A stretch of 61,168 nucleotides of DNA, the filler included. It is 8 parts of 8 records of this genome, joined end to end, with 100 filler letters (N's around TTAATTAATTAA, not from the genome) between each part and the next. Parts side by side here need not be neighbours in the genome. Positions count along the whole stretch, not along the records: positions 6,426 to 15,055 come from SRR31156797_45847; positions 15,156 to 26,037 come from SRR31156797_45869; 6 more parts are not named here. One strand, written 5' to 3'. The translations under genes were made by a program, and so were the position numbers. Each line of letters opens with the position of its first letter. The stretch's first letter is position 1. Of the stretch, positions 11,101 to 20,659 are shown in pieces. Below the pieces are notes generated by a model, which did not search any database, was not told the origin of the DNA, and worked only from the letters and a program-made list of their open reading frames with translations.

Positions 11101-11973
11101 AAAAAGATACAAATCTCGTAAAGCGATTAGATTTCCAATTGCATCTGGAATTGTTCCCGTTAAATAATTGCCTCCTAAATCTAAATTTGTTAGCGACGTT
11201 AAGTTACCAATTTCAATGGGTACATTACCTGTTAATTCATTGTGCTGAAGGTTCAAATTTTCTAAGGCCGACAGGTTTCCAATTTCGACCGGAATATTAC
11301 CAGATAAATTGTTTGAAAAAATTATTAAAGAAGTTAATGACGCTAAATTCCCAATTTCTATAGGTAAACTTCCTGACAAATTATTTTCGGCCAGATATAG
11401 TTTTTCCAGATTTGACAAATTGCCGATAGTTACTGGTATTGAGCCAGTTAAATTATTATATCCAAGATTTAATTCATTTATAGCCGTCAAATTCCCAATG
11501 GTGTCAGGGATTTCACCTGATAAATCATTGTTATAAATATTTAAGTCAGTTAATGCGGTTAAGTTTCCAATAGAAGCTGGTATTTCGCCCGAAAAGTTAT
11601 TGTTATAAAAGTTTATATCAGTTAAAGCGGATAAGTTGCCTATGTTTTGCGGTATATTTCCGGTTAAATTATTACTGGTAAAATAAAGCCTGGTCAATGC
11701 TGTTAATTCACAAAATGCAGCAGGAAGAGTTCCTGTTAAATTATTCGATTGCAGATATAACCAAATTACACGATTCCCTGAAACTGTTACTCCATACCAA
11801 TCTTTAAGCTTTGCGGAAGTTAACCAATTTGTATTTGTTGTCCAGTTTGCTCCTCCGGTACTGTTGTACAGCTCAACCAAAGCAAGTGAATCTTGCTGAT
11901 TTACCTGTGCTGATAATGGTTGTGGAAATAAATATGAAAAACAAAGAAATGTTAGAAAGATAATTCTTTTCAT
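8113..11973 (-). CDS. Leucine-rich repeat surface protein with T9SS (Por) C-terminal sorting domain
   Basis: Signal peptide; N-cap DSLALVELYNSTGGANW; about 11 24-aa LRRs (LxxLxLxxNxLxGxIPxxIG); Ig-like YQWYYNG; C-terminal VYPNPT..IYDISGR..GIYLIK..K. Confidence 0.88.
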   Translation of the reverse strand: MKRIIFLTFLCFSYLFPQPLSAQVNQQDSLALVELYNSTGGANWTTNTNWLTSAKLKDWYGVTVSGNRVIWLYLQSNNLTGTLPAAFCELTALTRLYFTSNNLTGNIPQNIGNLSALTDINFYNNNFSGEIPASIGNLTALTDLNIYNNDLSGEIPDTIGNLTAINELNLGYNNLTGSIPVTIGNLSNLEKLYLAENNLSGSLPIEIGNLASLTSLIIFSNNLSGNIPVEIGNLSALENLNLQHNELTGNVPIEIGNLTSLTNLDLGGNYLTGTIPDAIGNLIALRDLYLFENNLTGEIPSAIGNMSELQTLLLSNNNLTESIPTAIKDLPKLYWLDLKGNQFLFSGLEQFAAQNLNFFIYAPQDTVILKKSTVNNTIELSMDAGGTQTTYQWYYNGAEIPGEINNKCTVLPQNDIGNYHYEASNGLLPDLTLYGEFFAPAKKCWEVGQLKFCLNSGTWNEGEEPNHITSTSLISINDFLYFNGTMTIDTLALGVSANGEFFVDNIPLPGGSFGKYVLLEGEQNLTLIGSEGKIMDFLNSGLSKTASLFGASLSIDDLRFFNRQDTVGMKVGCSAHIPWVSESCGTPGIYTPGTDLTIKNLEITNKGIMSAGFEIENIGLFKAGYCLNRITYEHDWKNDIIIAGGDISLPFFADISGGYKLENGKIDSVAWSLEGGDMLPTTPIGVGTLGVSGFYGHISGLNQPGEFSPVNMDVKFGGIFSDVTSDKWYRITADGRTIWPKLFEFSGSGKLLKPIDELPYQIQGDIIASYDVPNKVLNIDYTGNFLSMDEQYWLAEGRGGYTVNHSKSETEVEGYFRGDITLPEISGYWPFNWFNSKTFGTYMQAFNENLKMVHGLLFYYPIPTETSDAMLVKLAFIINTEKGFYESGYIRFPEDSRVDIGISFEVKSGTEDNLVTETFTVPENSEFGVIEIKSITEAPVSSITSPSGDIFSETSIEDRIIYSETEDKKTSFWSLLAPEEGEWQITLENPENNDSIISHFQLKPRGFEFSMNQIGNNINLEWDVAQVDSGQVLNFMFDNDNEDFDGFRVNSIDATLGTTSITLDENYPNCSYYLYAQLYDDLKVTEVYADEKIENYLSTLAPPENFTFEYNEQSGIFDFSWDQSTSPDIDGYILSIADVSGEDSVYAILDSEVENVSLFIENFESKYPKIESYNQEWKIGCPATLPGLLTAVNNRNEIDEPSQKLMVYPNPTNGSCTIRYFIAEPSKCEIMIYDISGRRIAHPFAGFQSAGFHQLDFNYHEIPNGIYLIKFVNNRESFTVKSILNK
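10960..11780 (-). repeat. 72-nt-period coding repeats (LRR array)
   Basis: Tandem 24-aa units in the translation; limits approximate. Confidence 0.8.
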
Positions 11974-12168
11974 AATACAAAAGATTAGTCTGATTAAAAG
12001 AAATTTGGTTTCTTACAAATGTTAAATCAGAAAACAGATAAGCACAAAAAGTTACAAAATTATGTTGAATGCGACAAGATTAAAGCTGCATTTAATTAAT
12101 TCATTTGTGCCATATTAGGCATTTACTTCTGCAACTCAAGCATTTAACAAAATGAATATTTGTTCAGT

Positions 12169-12915
12169 TTAATTTTTATACCCGGAAGCAACCAGAGGTA
12201 AATGGTTACCTCCAAATTTCTCTTGCTTAAAATTAGAAAACAAGTTAATATCATCAAATCCGGAATTCTGAAGTAATTGAACCAAATCGTTACTTGGAAG
12301 TGCCAAAAGCCGGGATTCATTTGAAATGGTTATGCTTTCATTTTTCAATATCAATTCTGTTTGAAATGAAATAACCGGACTTCCTTTTTCAAACTTATAT
12401 TTCCTGATAAATTTCACGCTGTTCGTTTCAATCAATGGAAGTTCTGAAATCTGTTCATTCAAAATATAATCGTAATTAAGAATTTGTATTAGAAATTTTC
12501 CGCCCGGTTTTAAAACCTTATAAACGCCTTCCAGCATTTTCAGAACCAATTCTTTGTTTTCCAAATGCACCAGTGTATTACCAAAACAAAGCACAGTATC
12601 AAAATTCTCGTTTTGAAAATCGTTTTTCAGCTCCAACATATTTCCAACCTGAAACTGAATATTTTCGTGTTTTTTATTTGATTTTGCCTGGTTCAGCAAA
12701 TCTTCATTCAAATCGATTCCGGTTACCTTTGCTCCGTTTTCTGCCAATCGAAAAGCCAGTTCTCCGGTTGCACATCCAATATCCAAAATTTGTTTTCCGG
12801 GCAACTCCCCTGCCCTTTTTTTTACGAACTCCAGCTGCATTGCATTGAAAGGAAATATTTCAGAATAATATTTTGAAATGGAGGTATAGAATTTATTTTG
12901 ATTATCTTTTTTCAT
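12169..12915 (-). CDS. Class I SAM-dependent methyltransferase (glycine/sarcosine N-MTase-like)
   Basis: ILDIGCATG, GIDLN, FDTVLCFGNTLVH, VLKPGG motifs. Confidence 0.85.
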   Translation of the reverse strand: MKKDNQNKFYTSISKYYSEIFPFNAMQLEFVKKRAGELPGKQILDIGCATGELAFRLAENGAKVTGIDLNEDLLNQAKSNKKHENIQFQVGNMLELKNDFQNENFDTVLCFGNTLVHLENKELVLKMLEGVYKVLKPGGKFLIQILNYDYILNEQISELPLIETNSVKFIRKYKFEKGSPVISFQTELILKNESITISNESRLLALPSNDLVQLLQNSGFDDINLFSNFKQEKFGGNHLPLVASGYKN

Positions 12916-12939
12916 AGTTACAAATTATTTCTTGGTAGA

Positions 12940-12979
12940 TTAAGGATGGTATCCGTCAGCTGACGGATGCCATCCTTAA
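12940..12979. repeat. 40-bp near-perfect loopless palindrome (REP-like)
   Basis: TTAAGGATGGTATCCGTCAG|CTGACGGATGCCATCCTTAA, one mismatch. Confidence 0.8.
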
Positions 12980-12981
12980 AA

Positions 12982-15039
12982 TCACTTCTCAATTCTAATT
13001 CGTGCATCTACAGCCAGAATTTCTTTTTCATTTCCTAAAAGCGGATTAATATCGAGTTCTTTTATTTCTGTGGCAAAACGAAGTAAACTGGAAAGTCTGA
13101 CAATTATTTCGGCAAATTGTTTAATGTTTACTCCCGGTTGTTTTCTGTATCCTTTTAATATTTTGTATGATTTCAGGCTTTTAATCATCGAAATGGCTTC
13201 GTGAATTGAAAGTGGCGCCAAACCTGAAGATACATCTTTTAATACTTCAACAAAAATCCCACCCATTCCGCATAATACAATATGGCCAAAGTCCTGTTCG
13301 TAAGTAGCTCCTAAAAAGAGTTCAGTCCCAGAAGCCATTTGTGCCAATAAAACTCCTTCGGCACCTTGTATTCCATTTAAATGATGAAACTCTTTCCTCA
13401 CTTCGCCCACATTTCTGATATTCAGAATCACCCCCCCAACGTCAGTTTTATGAACGGGCCCAACTACTTTCATAACTAATGGAAAACCAATGTTTAAAGC
13501 AGCTAAAACAGCTTCTGTTTCATTGTTTACTACAATTTCTTTTACCCTTGGAATACCGGCGGCATCGAATAACTGATGGATTAATTTTGGTTTCTGATAA
13601 CCATTATTCGCATTATCAATTAATTTTCTTATTTCATCTTTATTTATCCCTTTCAGATATATTTCATTTTTAGCAGGAAGAGGAGTATTCATTACTTTAG
13701 TTAGTGCCCGCCCCAGTAAAACTTCATCGGGAAAATTTACATTTCCCTGGGATAAAAAATGAGAAACATCGTCTTTTACATTAATAATTGAAGGAAGAAT
13801 GGGATAAATTGGTTTTTCACAGATTTTCATCTTTTCAGAAAGTAAGTCGTATACATCGCCAATGGGGAAAAGCCCCGGGCTACCAAAAATAACAGCCATT
13901 CCATCTACATTAAACTCTTTTTCGCAAGTATTAATAATTTCGCCCAACTGTTCGGCAGTTCCTGTTGCCAAAAAATCGATTGGGTTCTCGACCGAAGAAC
14001 CGGGGAATAATTTTTCTTTAAGAGCAGTTTTCGAAGGAGAATCTTGAATTTTAGGAATTTTTAATCCCCCGTTTTCCAATGCATCGGTGAGCATAACTCC
14101 CGGTCCGCCGGCATGCGTAATAATAGCCAGATTTTTCCCTTTCAACTCATTGCACATAAAAACGCAGGCTACCGTTGTTAACTCTTCTCTCCCGTAACAA
14201 CGCACAATTCCGGCTTTTCGAAACAAGGCTTCAACAGCAGCGTCGGAACTGGTTAACGCCCCGGTATGAGAAGAAGCAGCCCGGCTTCCAGCTGAAGAGC
14301 TTCCAGCTTTTATAGCCGCTATTTTACACCCTTTCCGAATCAACGAAGATGCATGAAATAATAATTTATCGGGATTATCGATATTCTCTATATAAAGTAA
14401 TTTTACTTTTGAACTTATTCCCTCTTTATAATTTACATCGAGGTATTCCAATACATCTTCCACTCCGGTTTGTGCACTGTTTCCTACTGAAAATACATTG
14501 GCAAACTGCAAACCTTTGGGAATTCCCGATTCAATAATAAAAACAGCAGTTGCTCCTGAACCGGAAATAAAATCGCACCCGTCGGCAGTAAGTTTTGGAA
14601 TTGGTGTGGTAAAAACACTGGCGTGCGAAGGTGTCATTACTCCAATACAATTTGGACCAATTAAACAACCTTCATTTTTATTTACAATATCTGCAATTTC
14701 TTTTTCCAGTTTTTTACCCTCTTCATTCATTTCGCCAAAACCGGCAGAAATTATAATAAAAGCTTTTGTCTCATTTTGTTCCGCTAAAACACTGACAGCC
14801 TCCAGACAAAACTTTGCAGGAATTGCCAGAACCGCCAAATCAACCGGTGGAAGTTTCTCAACCGAAGAAAAAGATGGAATACCTTGTACTTCCGATTCTT
14901 TAGGATTAACTGCAAATAATTCTCCGGAAAAATGATTATCAAGAAGATTTTTAACGATTTTTCCTCCAGGTTTCGAAATGTTGTTTGAAGCTCCAACAAT
15001 TGCAATACTTTTCGGATGAAGCAGTTTTTCGTTTATCAT
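12982..15039 (-). CDS. Acetate-CoA ligase (ADP-forming) family, fused alpha/beta subunits
   Basis: PKSIAIVGAS, IGPNCIG, SHTGALT (phospho-His), ENPIDF, C-terminal ATP-grasp HKTDVGGV..ELDINPL. Confidence 0.88.
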   Translation of the reverse strand: MINEKLLHPKSIAIVGASNNISKPGGKIVKNLLDNHFSGELFAVNPKESEVQGIPSFSSVEKLPPVDLAVLAIPAKFCLEAVSVLAEQNETKAFIIISAGFGEMNEEGKKLEKEIADIVNKNEGCLIGPNCIGVMTPSHASVFTTPIPKLTADGCDFISGSGATAVFIIESGIPKGLQFANVFSVGNSAQTGVEDVLEYLDVNYKEGISSKVKLLYIENIDNPDKLLFHASSLIRKGCKIAAIKAGSSSAGSRAASSHTGALTSSDAAVEALFRKAGIVRCYGREELTTVACVFMCNELKGKNLAIITHAGGPGVMLTDALENGGLKIPKIQDSPSKTALKEKLFPGSSVENPIDFLATGTAEQLGEIINTCEKEFNVDGMAVIFGSPGLFPIGDVYDLLSEKMKICEKPIYPILPSIINVKDDVSHFLSQGNVNFPDEVLLGRALTKVMNTPLPAKNEIYLKGINKDEIRKLIDNANNGYQKPKLIHQLFDAAGIPRVKEIVVNNETEAVLAALNIGFPLVMKVVGPVHKTDVGGVILNIRNVGEVRKEFHHLNGIQGAEGVLLAQMASGTELFLGATYEQDFGHIVLCGMGGIFVEVLKDVSSGLAPLSIHEAISMIKSLKSYKILKGYRKQPGVNIKQFAEIIVRLSSLLRFATEIKELDINPLLGNEKEILAVDARIRIEK

Positions 15040-15055
15040 TTAACAAAAGTTTGTG

Positions 15056-15155
15056 NNNNNNNNNNNNNNNNNNNNNNNNNNNNNNNNNNNNNNNNNNNNT
15101 TAATTAATTAANNNNNNNNNNNNNNNNNNNNNNNNNNNNNNNNNNNNNNNNNNNN
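15056..15155. other. Artificial contig linker
   Basis: N run-TTAATTAATTAA-N run. Confidence 0.98.
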
Positions 15156-15973
15156 AACGGAATGCCCCTGAATTCATTGCCAAACTTGAACAAACGATCG
15201 CAAAATATCCCGATTATCCCATGAAAGGCCTTTTGCTTTATTATCTCGGTCTGAATGCCCGCACTCATGGTGACTATTCAAAAGCGGTAAATGCATTTGA
15301 AGAAGCGCTCAAGGCTAAACCTGACATTGCCTATAAAACACCGATTGTCTCGTATCTCAAAGCAGCAAAAAACCGCGCGCTGCTGCGAATGATAAATATC
15401 ATTTGTTCTGTATTGCTGTTGATGGCCCTTATACCGTCGCTCATCGGCTTGACACAAAAAAACGCGGCAGAACTGCCGTGGCGCCGGATTGTAACCGTCT
15501 ATGGCGTGACAATCGCACTCTGGGCAGCCATTGCGTTTTTACTGCCGCGACTATACGGATCCCTTGCAATCGAGCCCGGCCTTTATCCCAACCCCACCCT
15601 GTCAAATGTTTCCATTGGTCAGATCGGTGATGCCTCATTGCGGGCTCTGCTGGGATACGGTCTGTTCGCAATTCTGGCGACCCTCCCCATTATCATCGCC
15701 ACCACTCGGATCCAAAAGCAAACCCTCAAAACGATCGTAAGTGTCATTGGCGTGATGGTAGTGATTGGCTCATCAATGGGGTTATACAGTACCCGGCACA
15801 TTTATACGGATTCCCGGTATGACTCAGAATCCAACCGCCTGGTGTTCTTTATTAAAAGCATCACCAATCCCGACGAAATACCGGACGTCATGTTTCCTAT
15901 GTATGATGAAAAGAGACGGGCACATTTTCTCAAAAATCGTGAGCTAAAGGCAGGGGAGAAGGATTTAAAATGA
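15156..15973 (+). CDS. TPR-containing multi-pass membrane protein, 5'-truncated
   Basis: Frame is open upstream of ATG 15221; TPR-like YYLGLNA..GDYSKAVNAFEEALKAKPD, then about 4 TM helices; stop overlaps the next start. Confidence 0.6.
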
Positions 15974-17130
15974 TGCAGTATCGTTATGAATCATTCGGCG
16001 GCATTATCGCCTCTGATGAGCCCCCGTTTCTCGCGTTTGTCGATAGACAGTATATGCGGGAAAGAGGGTTGACCGACGAAACACTCTGGCAGGACGAAGA
16101 CCCGTCCATCTCTTTGCTCAGCGCACCGGTCGAAGTCCATTTTGCCTGCACCAACAAATGCAGTCTGGGCTGTTCACACTGCTACATGGACTCCGGCAAG
16201 GAAAACCCCGAAACCTTGAATACCGAGAAGTTCAAGCAAACGCTCAGAACTATGGCGGACATGGGGGTCTTTCATGTCGCCATGGGCGGCGGAGAAGCAC
16301 TGGAACGAGGGGACCTTTTTGAATTGGCGGCGTATGCCCGTTCCTGCGGCCTGGTTCCCAATCTGACGACCAATGGTAAATACATCGATCAAAAAACCGC
16401 AGAAAAAATGCGTGTGTTTGGCCAGATCAACCTCTCCCTTGATGGTGTAGGTGCCTATGCCCAAACGTATCGTGACGGAATTGAATTTGAGGAAATTGAC
16501 AGGGCATTTTCTATTCTGCTTGATGCCGGTATTGAAGCCGGGATTAACTGTGTGGTCGGACGCAATAATTTAGACGGGCTTGATGACCTGTTTTTGTATG
16601 CGGCACAAAAAGGGGTTTCTGAAATCGAACTGCTTCGATTCAAACCAAGCGGCCGCGGATTTTCTCTCTACAAGAACCATCGCCCGACATACGAACAGAA
16701 TCAAATCATCTATCCGTTGTTTCAGAAGCTTGCCGATCGGTCACAGGTTAAAACAAAAATCGATTGTTCGTTTGTCCCGATGTTCTGTTATCATCGCCCG
16801 CCAATCGAACAAATGGAGGCCAACTATGTGTGCGGGTGTGAAGCGGGCAACTTTCTTCTTGGTGCCAGGAGTGACGGCCGTATCGCCGGTTGTTCATTTT
16901 TGCCGGTTCTCGACATCACCCTTTCACAATTACCCGAAAATTGGCGTCACGAACCGCATCTTGATCAGTATCGCAAATGGGCATCAATGAAGGTCGAACC
17001 CTGTGCCTCCTGCGACTATTTGCGAATCTGTAAAGGTGGCTGTCATGCGGTTTCATATTACCTGTCCGGGGATATTGATGCACCCGATCCGGACTGTCCG
17101 TGGGTGGTTGAATTTCGGGAAACTAATTAA
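15970..17130 (+). CDS. Radical SAM enzyme with SPASM domain (PqqE/MftC-like)
   Basis: CSLGCSHC (CxxxCxxC), GGGE, LTTNG; SPASM CEAG..GC..CASCDYLRICKGGC..PDPDC. Confidence 0.9.
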   Translation: MMQYRYESFGGIIASDEPPFLAFVDRQYMRERGLTDETLWQDEDPSISLLSAPVEVHFACTNKCSLGCSHCYMDSGKENPETLNTEKFKQTLRTMADMGVFHVAMGGGEALERGDLFELAAYARSCGLVPNLTTNGKYIDQKTAEKMRVFGQINLSLDGVGAYAQTYRDGIEFEEIDRAFSILLDAGIEAGINCVVGRNNLDGLDDLFLYAAQKGVSEIELLRFKPSGRGFSLYKNHRPTYEQNQIIYPLFQKLADRSQVKTKIDCSFVPMFCYHRPPIEQMEANYVCGCEAGNFLLGARSDGRIAGCSFLPVLDITLSQLPENWRHEPHLDQYRKWASMKVEPCASCDYLRICKGGCHAVSYYLSGDIDAPDPDCPWVVEFRETN

Positions 17131-17854
17131 TCATTACTTTACGTTTTCCTGATGGAGAATCAATAATCTTATATTTCTTTCCGCTGGGCGTAATAAATAG
17201 CTCTTCCTTTTCCTTCAACTCCATATAAGCCTCGTCCTCATCAAAATGGACAGGCTTATTCTCCATCTTTGTCTTGTCTTTATCAAATGCCCTTTGCTGT
17301 GTATCATTTTTTTGAGACTTGATGTCATTTTGTGTATACAAAAAAATGGGGTACCGATTGATGCCCTTTTTCAAATATATTTTGTCCGCTCTGATCTCAT
17401 CAATGACATATTCAGATACTTTTTCCCCCTTAGTAACCCATCTGAGAGGCTTCTCATCCTTAGATTCAGGGGGGGATTGCACCAATGCCGTCTCCTTATC
17501 TCCGTAAATTACAACGCCGTAAAGATGAATTTTGTTTTTGATGTCCATTGGAACTGTTGCTGCCTCGACAAAGACTATTGATGCCTGCTTCGAGGCGGTT
17601 CGTTCCGGGTTAAAAAGATTTTTCCGGGAAATTATGTCGTATTCGTGCTTCTTTTTTACACGCCGAAATGATGGTAACGTGGGACCGGCATCTATAGTTT
17701 CTCCACTGACGTTTATGGCCTTTTCAGAAATTGGTTTTACACGGCTGGGTATTTCTTCTAAATGCCTGATTTCAAAACATTTATACAAAAACCAAAAGCA
17801 CAGTAAAAAAAGGAATAAATTAGCCGTCCATATTTTCAGATTATATGATTTCAA
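17123..17854 (-). CDS. Orphan type II secretion GspC/PilP-like protein
   Basis: N-terminal TM anchor, KNLFNPER, LYGVVIYG..ALV, GEKV..YVIDEIRADKIYLKK (HR-domain-like). Confidence 0.55.
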   Translation of the reverse strand: MKSYNLKIWTANLFLFLLCFWFLYKCFEIRHLEEIPSRVKPISEKAINVSGETIDAGPTLPSFRRVKKKHEYDIISRKNLFNPERTASKQASIVFVEAATVPMDIKNKIHLYGVVIYGDKETALVQSPPESKDEKPLRWVTKGEKVSEYVIDEIRADKIYLKKGINRYPIFLYTQNDIKSQKNDTQQRAFDKDKTKMENKPVHFDEDEAYMELKEKEELFITPSGKKYKIIDSPSGKRKVMIN

Positions 17855-18543
17855 CTCCTATGAAATGCCTTTAAACTGGACGTTGTTTCGATTTTTCCTT
17901 CCCTTAAATGCATGATCTTTGTTGCGTATTCGGTACCCGTTGTGTCGTGTGTGACGACAACAACCGCTGTTCCGTTTTCGGCAATTTGCGCCAGATGCCC
18001 GAAAACCTGATCCGTGTTTTCCTGATCCAGGTTTCCTGTCGGCTCATCCGCCAGAATAAGACAAGGATCATTGATTAAGGCCCGGGCAAGGGCTGTTCGT
18101 TGTTGTTCACCGGTACTCAATTGAGACGGTTTGTGGTGTACGCGGGCTTCAATGCCAAACTGACGGACGAGATCATGTGCCTTATCAAAGGCCTTTTCTT
18201 TCCGAGCATTGTGATTGGCGGCAATAATAATGTTGTCCAAAACAGATAGATAGGGGATCAAATGGAACTGCTGAAAGATAAAACCGATTTTTTCCGATCG
18301 AAGTTCTGATCGTTTTGACGGAGACAGTGAATAGGGGTCAATTTCATCAATGGTGACCTTTCCGGAAAGGGGTTTGAGCATGGCCCCGGCAATTAACAGC
18401 AGCGTGGTCTTTCCGGTTCCGCTGGGACCTTGAACAATTACAAAATCATGGGATTGCACCTCAAATGATGTATCCCGCAAAGGATGAACCGTCGTCCCGT
18501 TGGGACCTTTGAAAGTCCTTGAAACTGAATCTAAACGCAGCAT
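17851..18543 (-). CDS. ABC transporter ATP-binding protein (LolD/MacB family)
   Basis: [41 protein letters not shown]. Confidence 0.93.
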   Translation of the reverse strand: MLRLDSVSRTFKGPNGTTVHPLRDTSFEVQSHDFVIVQGPSGTGKTTLLLIAGAMLKPLSGKVTIDEIDPYSLSPSKRSELRSEKIGFIFQQFHLIPYLSVLDNIIIAANHNARKEKAFDKAHDLVRQFGIEARVHHKPSQLSTGEQQRTALARALINDPCLILADEPTGNLDQENTDQVFGHLAQIAENGTAVVVVTHDTTGTEYATKIMHLREGKIETTSSLKAFHRS

Positions 18544-19841
18544 TAAAAAGCCTCCTGTTGTAAAATTTGCGCCGGATCTTTTTTCGAAGCAATGACGGCC
18601 GGAATCCAGCTCGCCAGGATTGTCATCACGGGGCCGGTGAGAATGACCAAGACAATCAACGTGGGATCGATCAATCCTAAAAGGTTAGCGGCCCCAGACA
18701 GCCCTTCCTCCAGGTACGTTGCGGCCATCTTGCCTGAGAAGAGGCCGAAAACGAGGCCCAGCAACGACCCAATTATTGCGATAACCAATGAGCGAAGGAG
18801 AAACAACGAGAGAATACTTCCCGATTGATAACCGAGGGCGCACAACGTTCCGATTTCTTTCATCCGGTCTTTGACGTTTCCTAGAACCAGAAAAGCAATC
18901 CAGACCAAAGAGGCCAAAAGAACCGTCAAAACAAGATAGGCGGCAAAACGTTCCCTTTCCTGCCCCAAAGCTTGGCGGGATGACTTTTCTTTTTCAAGAG
19001 AGGCCTTGGCCTGGGTACCAACAGCCATGCGCGCTTCAAGGCGCGCCAATCTTCGTTCCGTGCCCAACTCCAGCACCTGTGTGCTGGGGAGCACCTTGGC
19101 AATGTCACCTCGGACTTTGGATAAGCTTGTACTTTTGCAGGTACACTGCAAGGCAAGTATGGCGTTAATAAGCCCGGGTTTGCCAAGCATTTCCTGCGCA
19201 TCCTTTAAAGGGATCCAAGCGGTCACATCGTCTTTGTTGCCTCTTTCTTCATGGCATCGGTTGATAATGTATTTTTTACCCAAAAGGGTCACCTGGTCCC
19301 CTTCTTTCACCCCAATGGATTGATGCAATTCCCATCCCAAAACAACAGTGCCGTCCGGAACAGGTTGAACGATTGGACGCTTAGGGCTTTTATGCAAGTT
19401 CGGGACTTCACCTTTGGTTCCGGTCAAAATGATCCGCCGATTCTGTTCCCGCCATTTTACCTTTTGAGAAAGAGTAGGAAGAAAATGCCGTACCGTAATG
19501 ACGCCGGAATTTGCCAGTTTACCGACATATTCTTCGGGCATATAGTGTTCTGAACTATCCTTCATATACCAATCGCCGGCATTTTGGGCCTTGGGCAGAA
19601 TCACCAGATTCAAGCCCAATTTAAGCATGGCCACCCGCATCTCATCTTTTAATTGGTCCATGATGCGCGCTGTCTCAGATTCCTTGACCGCCAGGATCTG
19701 CGTTGTACGAATATCGTGTATTTTAAGCAACGTGTATGCACCGGTTAGGGTGGATACGGCAATCGTTACGGAAAGAAGGGCCACCGAAAAACTAAATTTC
19801 CTGAAAAAAATCTCCTTTTGGACAAGATTAATGATACCCAT
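18543..19841 (-). CDS. FtsX/MacB-like ABC transporter permease
   Basis: One N-terminal TM, large periplasmic domain, three C-terminal TMs; DRMKEIGTLCALGY and WIPA..DPAQIL motifs. Confidence 0.88.
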   Translation of the reverse strand: MGIINLVQKEIFFRKFSFSVALLSVTIAVSTLTGAYTLLKIHDIRTTQILAVKESETARIMDQLKDEMRVAMLKLGLNLVILPKAQNAGDWYMKDSSEHYMPEEYVGKLANSGVITVRHFLPTLSQKVKWREQNRRIILTGTKGEVPNLHKSPKRPIVQPVPDGTVVLGWELHQSIGVKEGDQVTLLGKKYIINRCHEERGNKDDVTAWIPLKDAQEMLGKPGLINAILALQCTCKSTSLSKVRGDIAKVLPSTQVLELGTERRLARLEARMAVGTQAKASLEKEKSSRQALGQERERFAAYLVLTVLLASLVWIAFLVLGNVKDRMKEIGTLCALGYQSGSILSLFLLRSLVIAIIGSLLGLVFGLFSGKMAATYLEEGLSGAANLLGLIDPTLIVLVILTGPVMTILASWIPAVIASKKDPAQILQQEAF

Positions 19842-20659
19842 GTTTTTCTACCTTTTTCACGTTCTAGTTACATTGAACATATCGTTATCTTCATGCAGTT
19901 AAATCCAATTTACTTTTCAATACATCTGGAACCGGTTTCTATATGAAGTGCTTGAGGGTCCGCATGAAGGTAAATAGCTAATCTCAATCACTAAGAGAGT
20001 CAAGTTAAGAATCTGTTAGAAGCTTCCTTTAAAAATTCGAACACAATGTTAGCAAAAAAAAACATAAATCGAACTTGACTTTTTTTTCGCGCTTTCAATG
20101 ATAGGCTATGGATCAGGTGCTGATAAACGGGGCTGGGAATGGAGATGAAATTTAGTTTAAAGAGAAGATTAACAATTTCAGATCTCCTAACTTTTTAGCA
20201 GTTTTCAGCCGCTCTTTTTGGTCATCCGGTAACGCAAAAGTATAAAATATCCCCTCGAACATGACGCAACATTCTGAAATTTAAGCATATAAATAATCAC
20301 GGATATCCAATCTGTATAAAACCCCCTTATTTCATGTCTTAACCAATTGTATTTTAATGAAATACTTAAATCTACCCACTTTTACCTGTAGGAGGTCTGA
20401 ACTTTTAATTTAATTCTAATTCAATATGAATATGAATCTGCAAAAAGATTGCTCGGATGTACCGGATTGAATCGGATATCCCGATACAATGCAATTTTTT
20501 GATTGGTACTCCCTATTATAGCACGACCTCAAGCAATATGGGTGAAATCTGAATCTTCAAAAAGCACCCTTTTGTATATTTTACCGGTGGCTTAAATGGT
20601 TAACCCACTGAAGCAGCAATACACTTTAAAGGAGAAAGACGTATGAAGAAGGAGGGAGT

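Noticed and set aside
20225-20275. c-di-GMP-I riboswitch suggested by ACGCAAAA and GACGCAAC
   Set aside because: The GNRA hairpin and P2 stem could not be formed.
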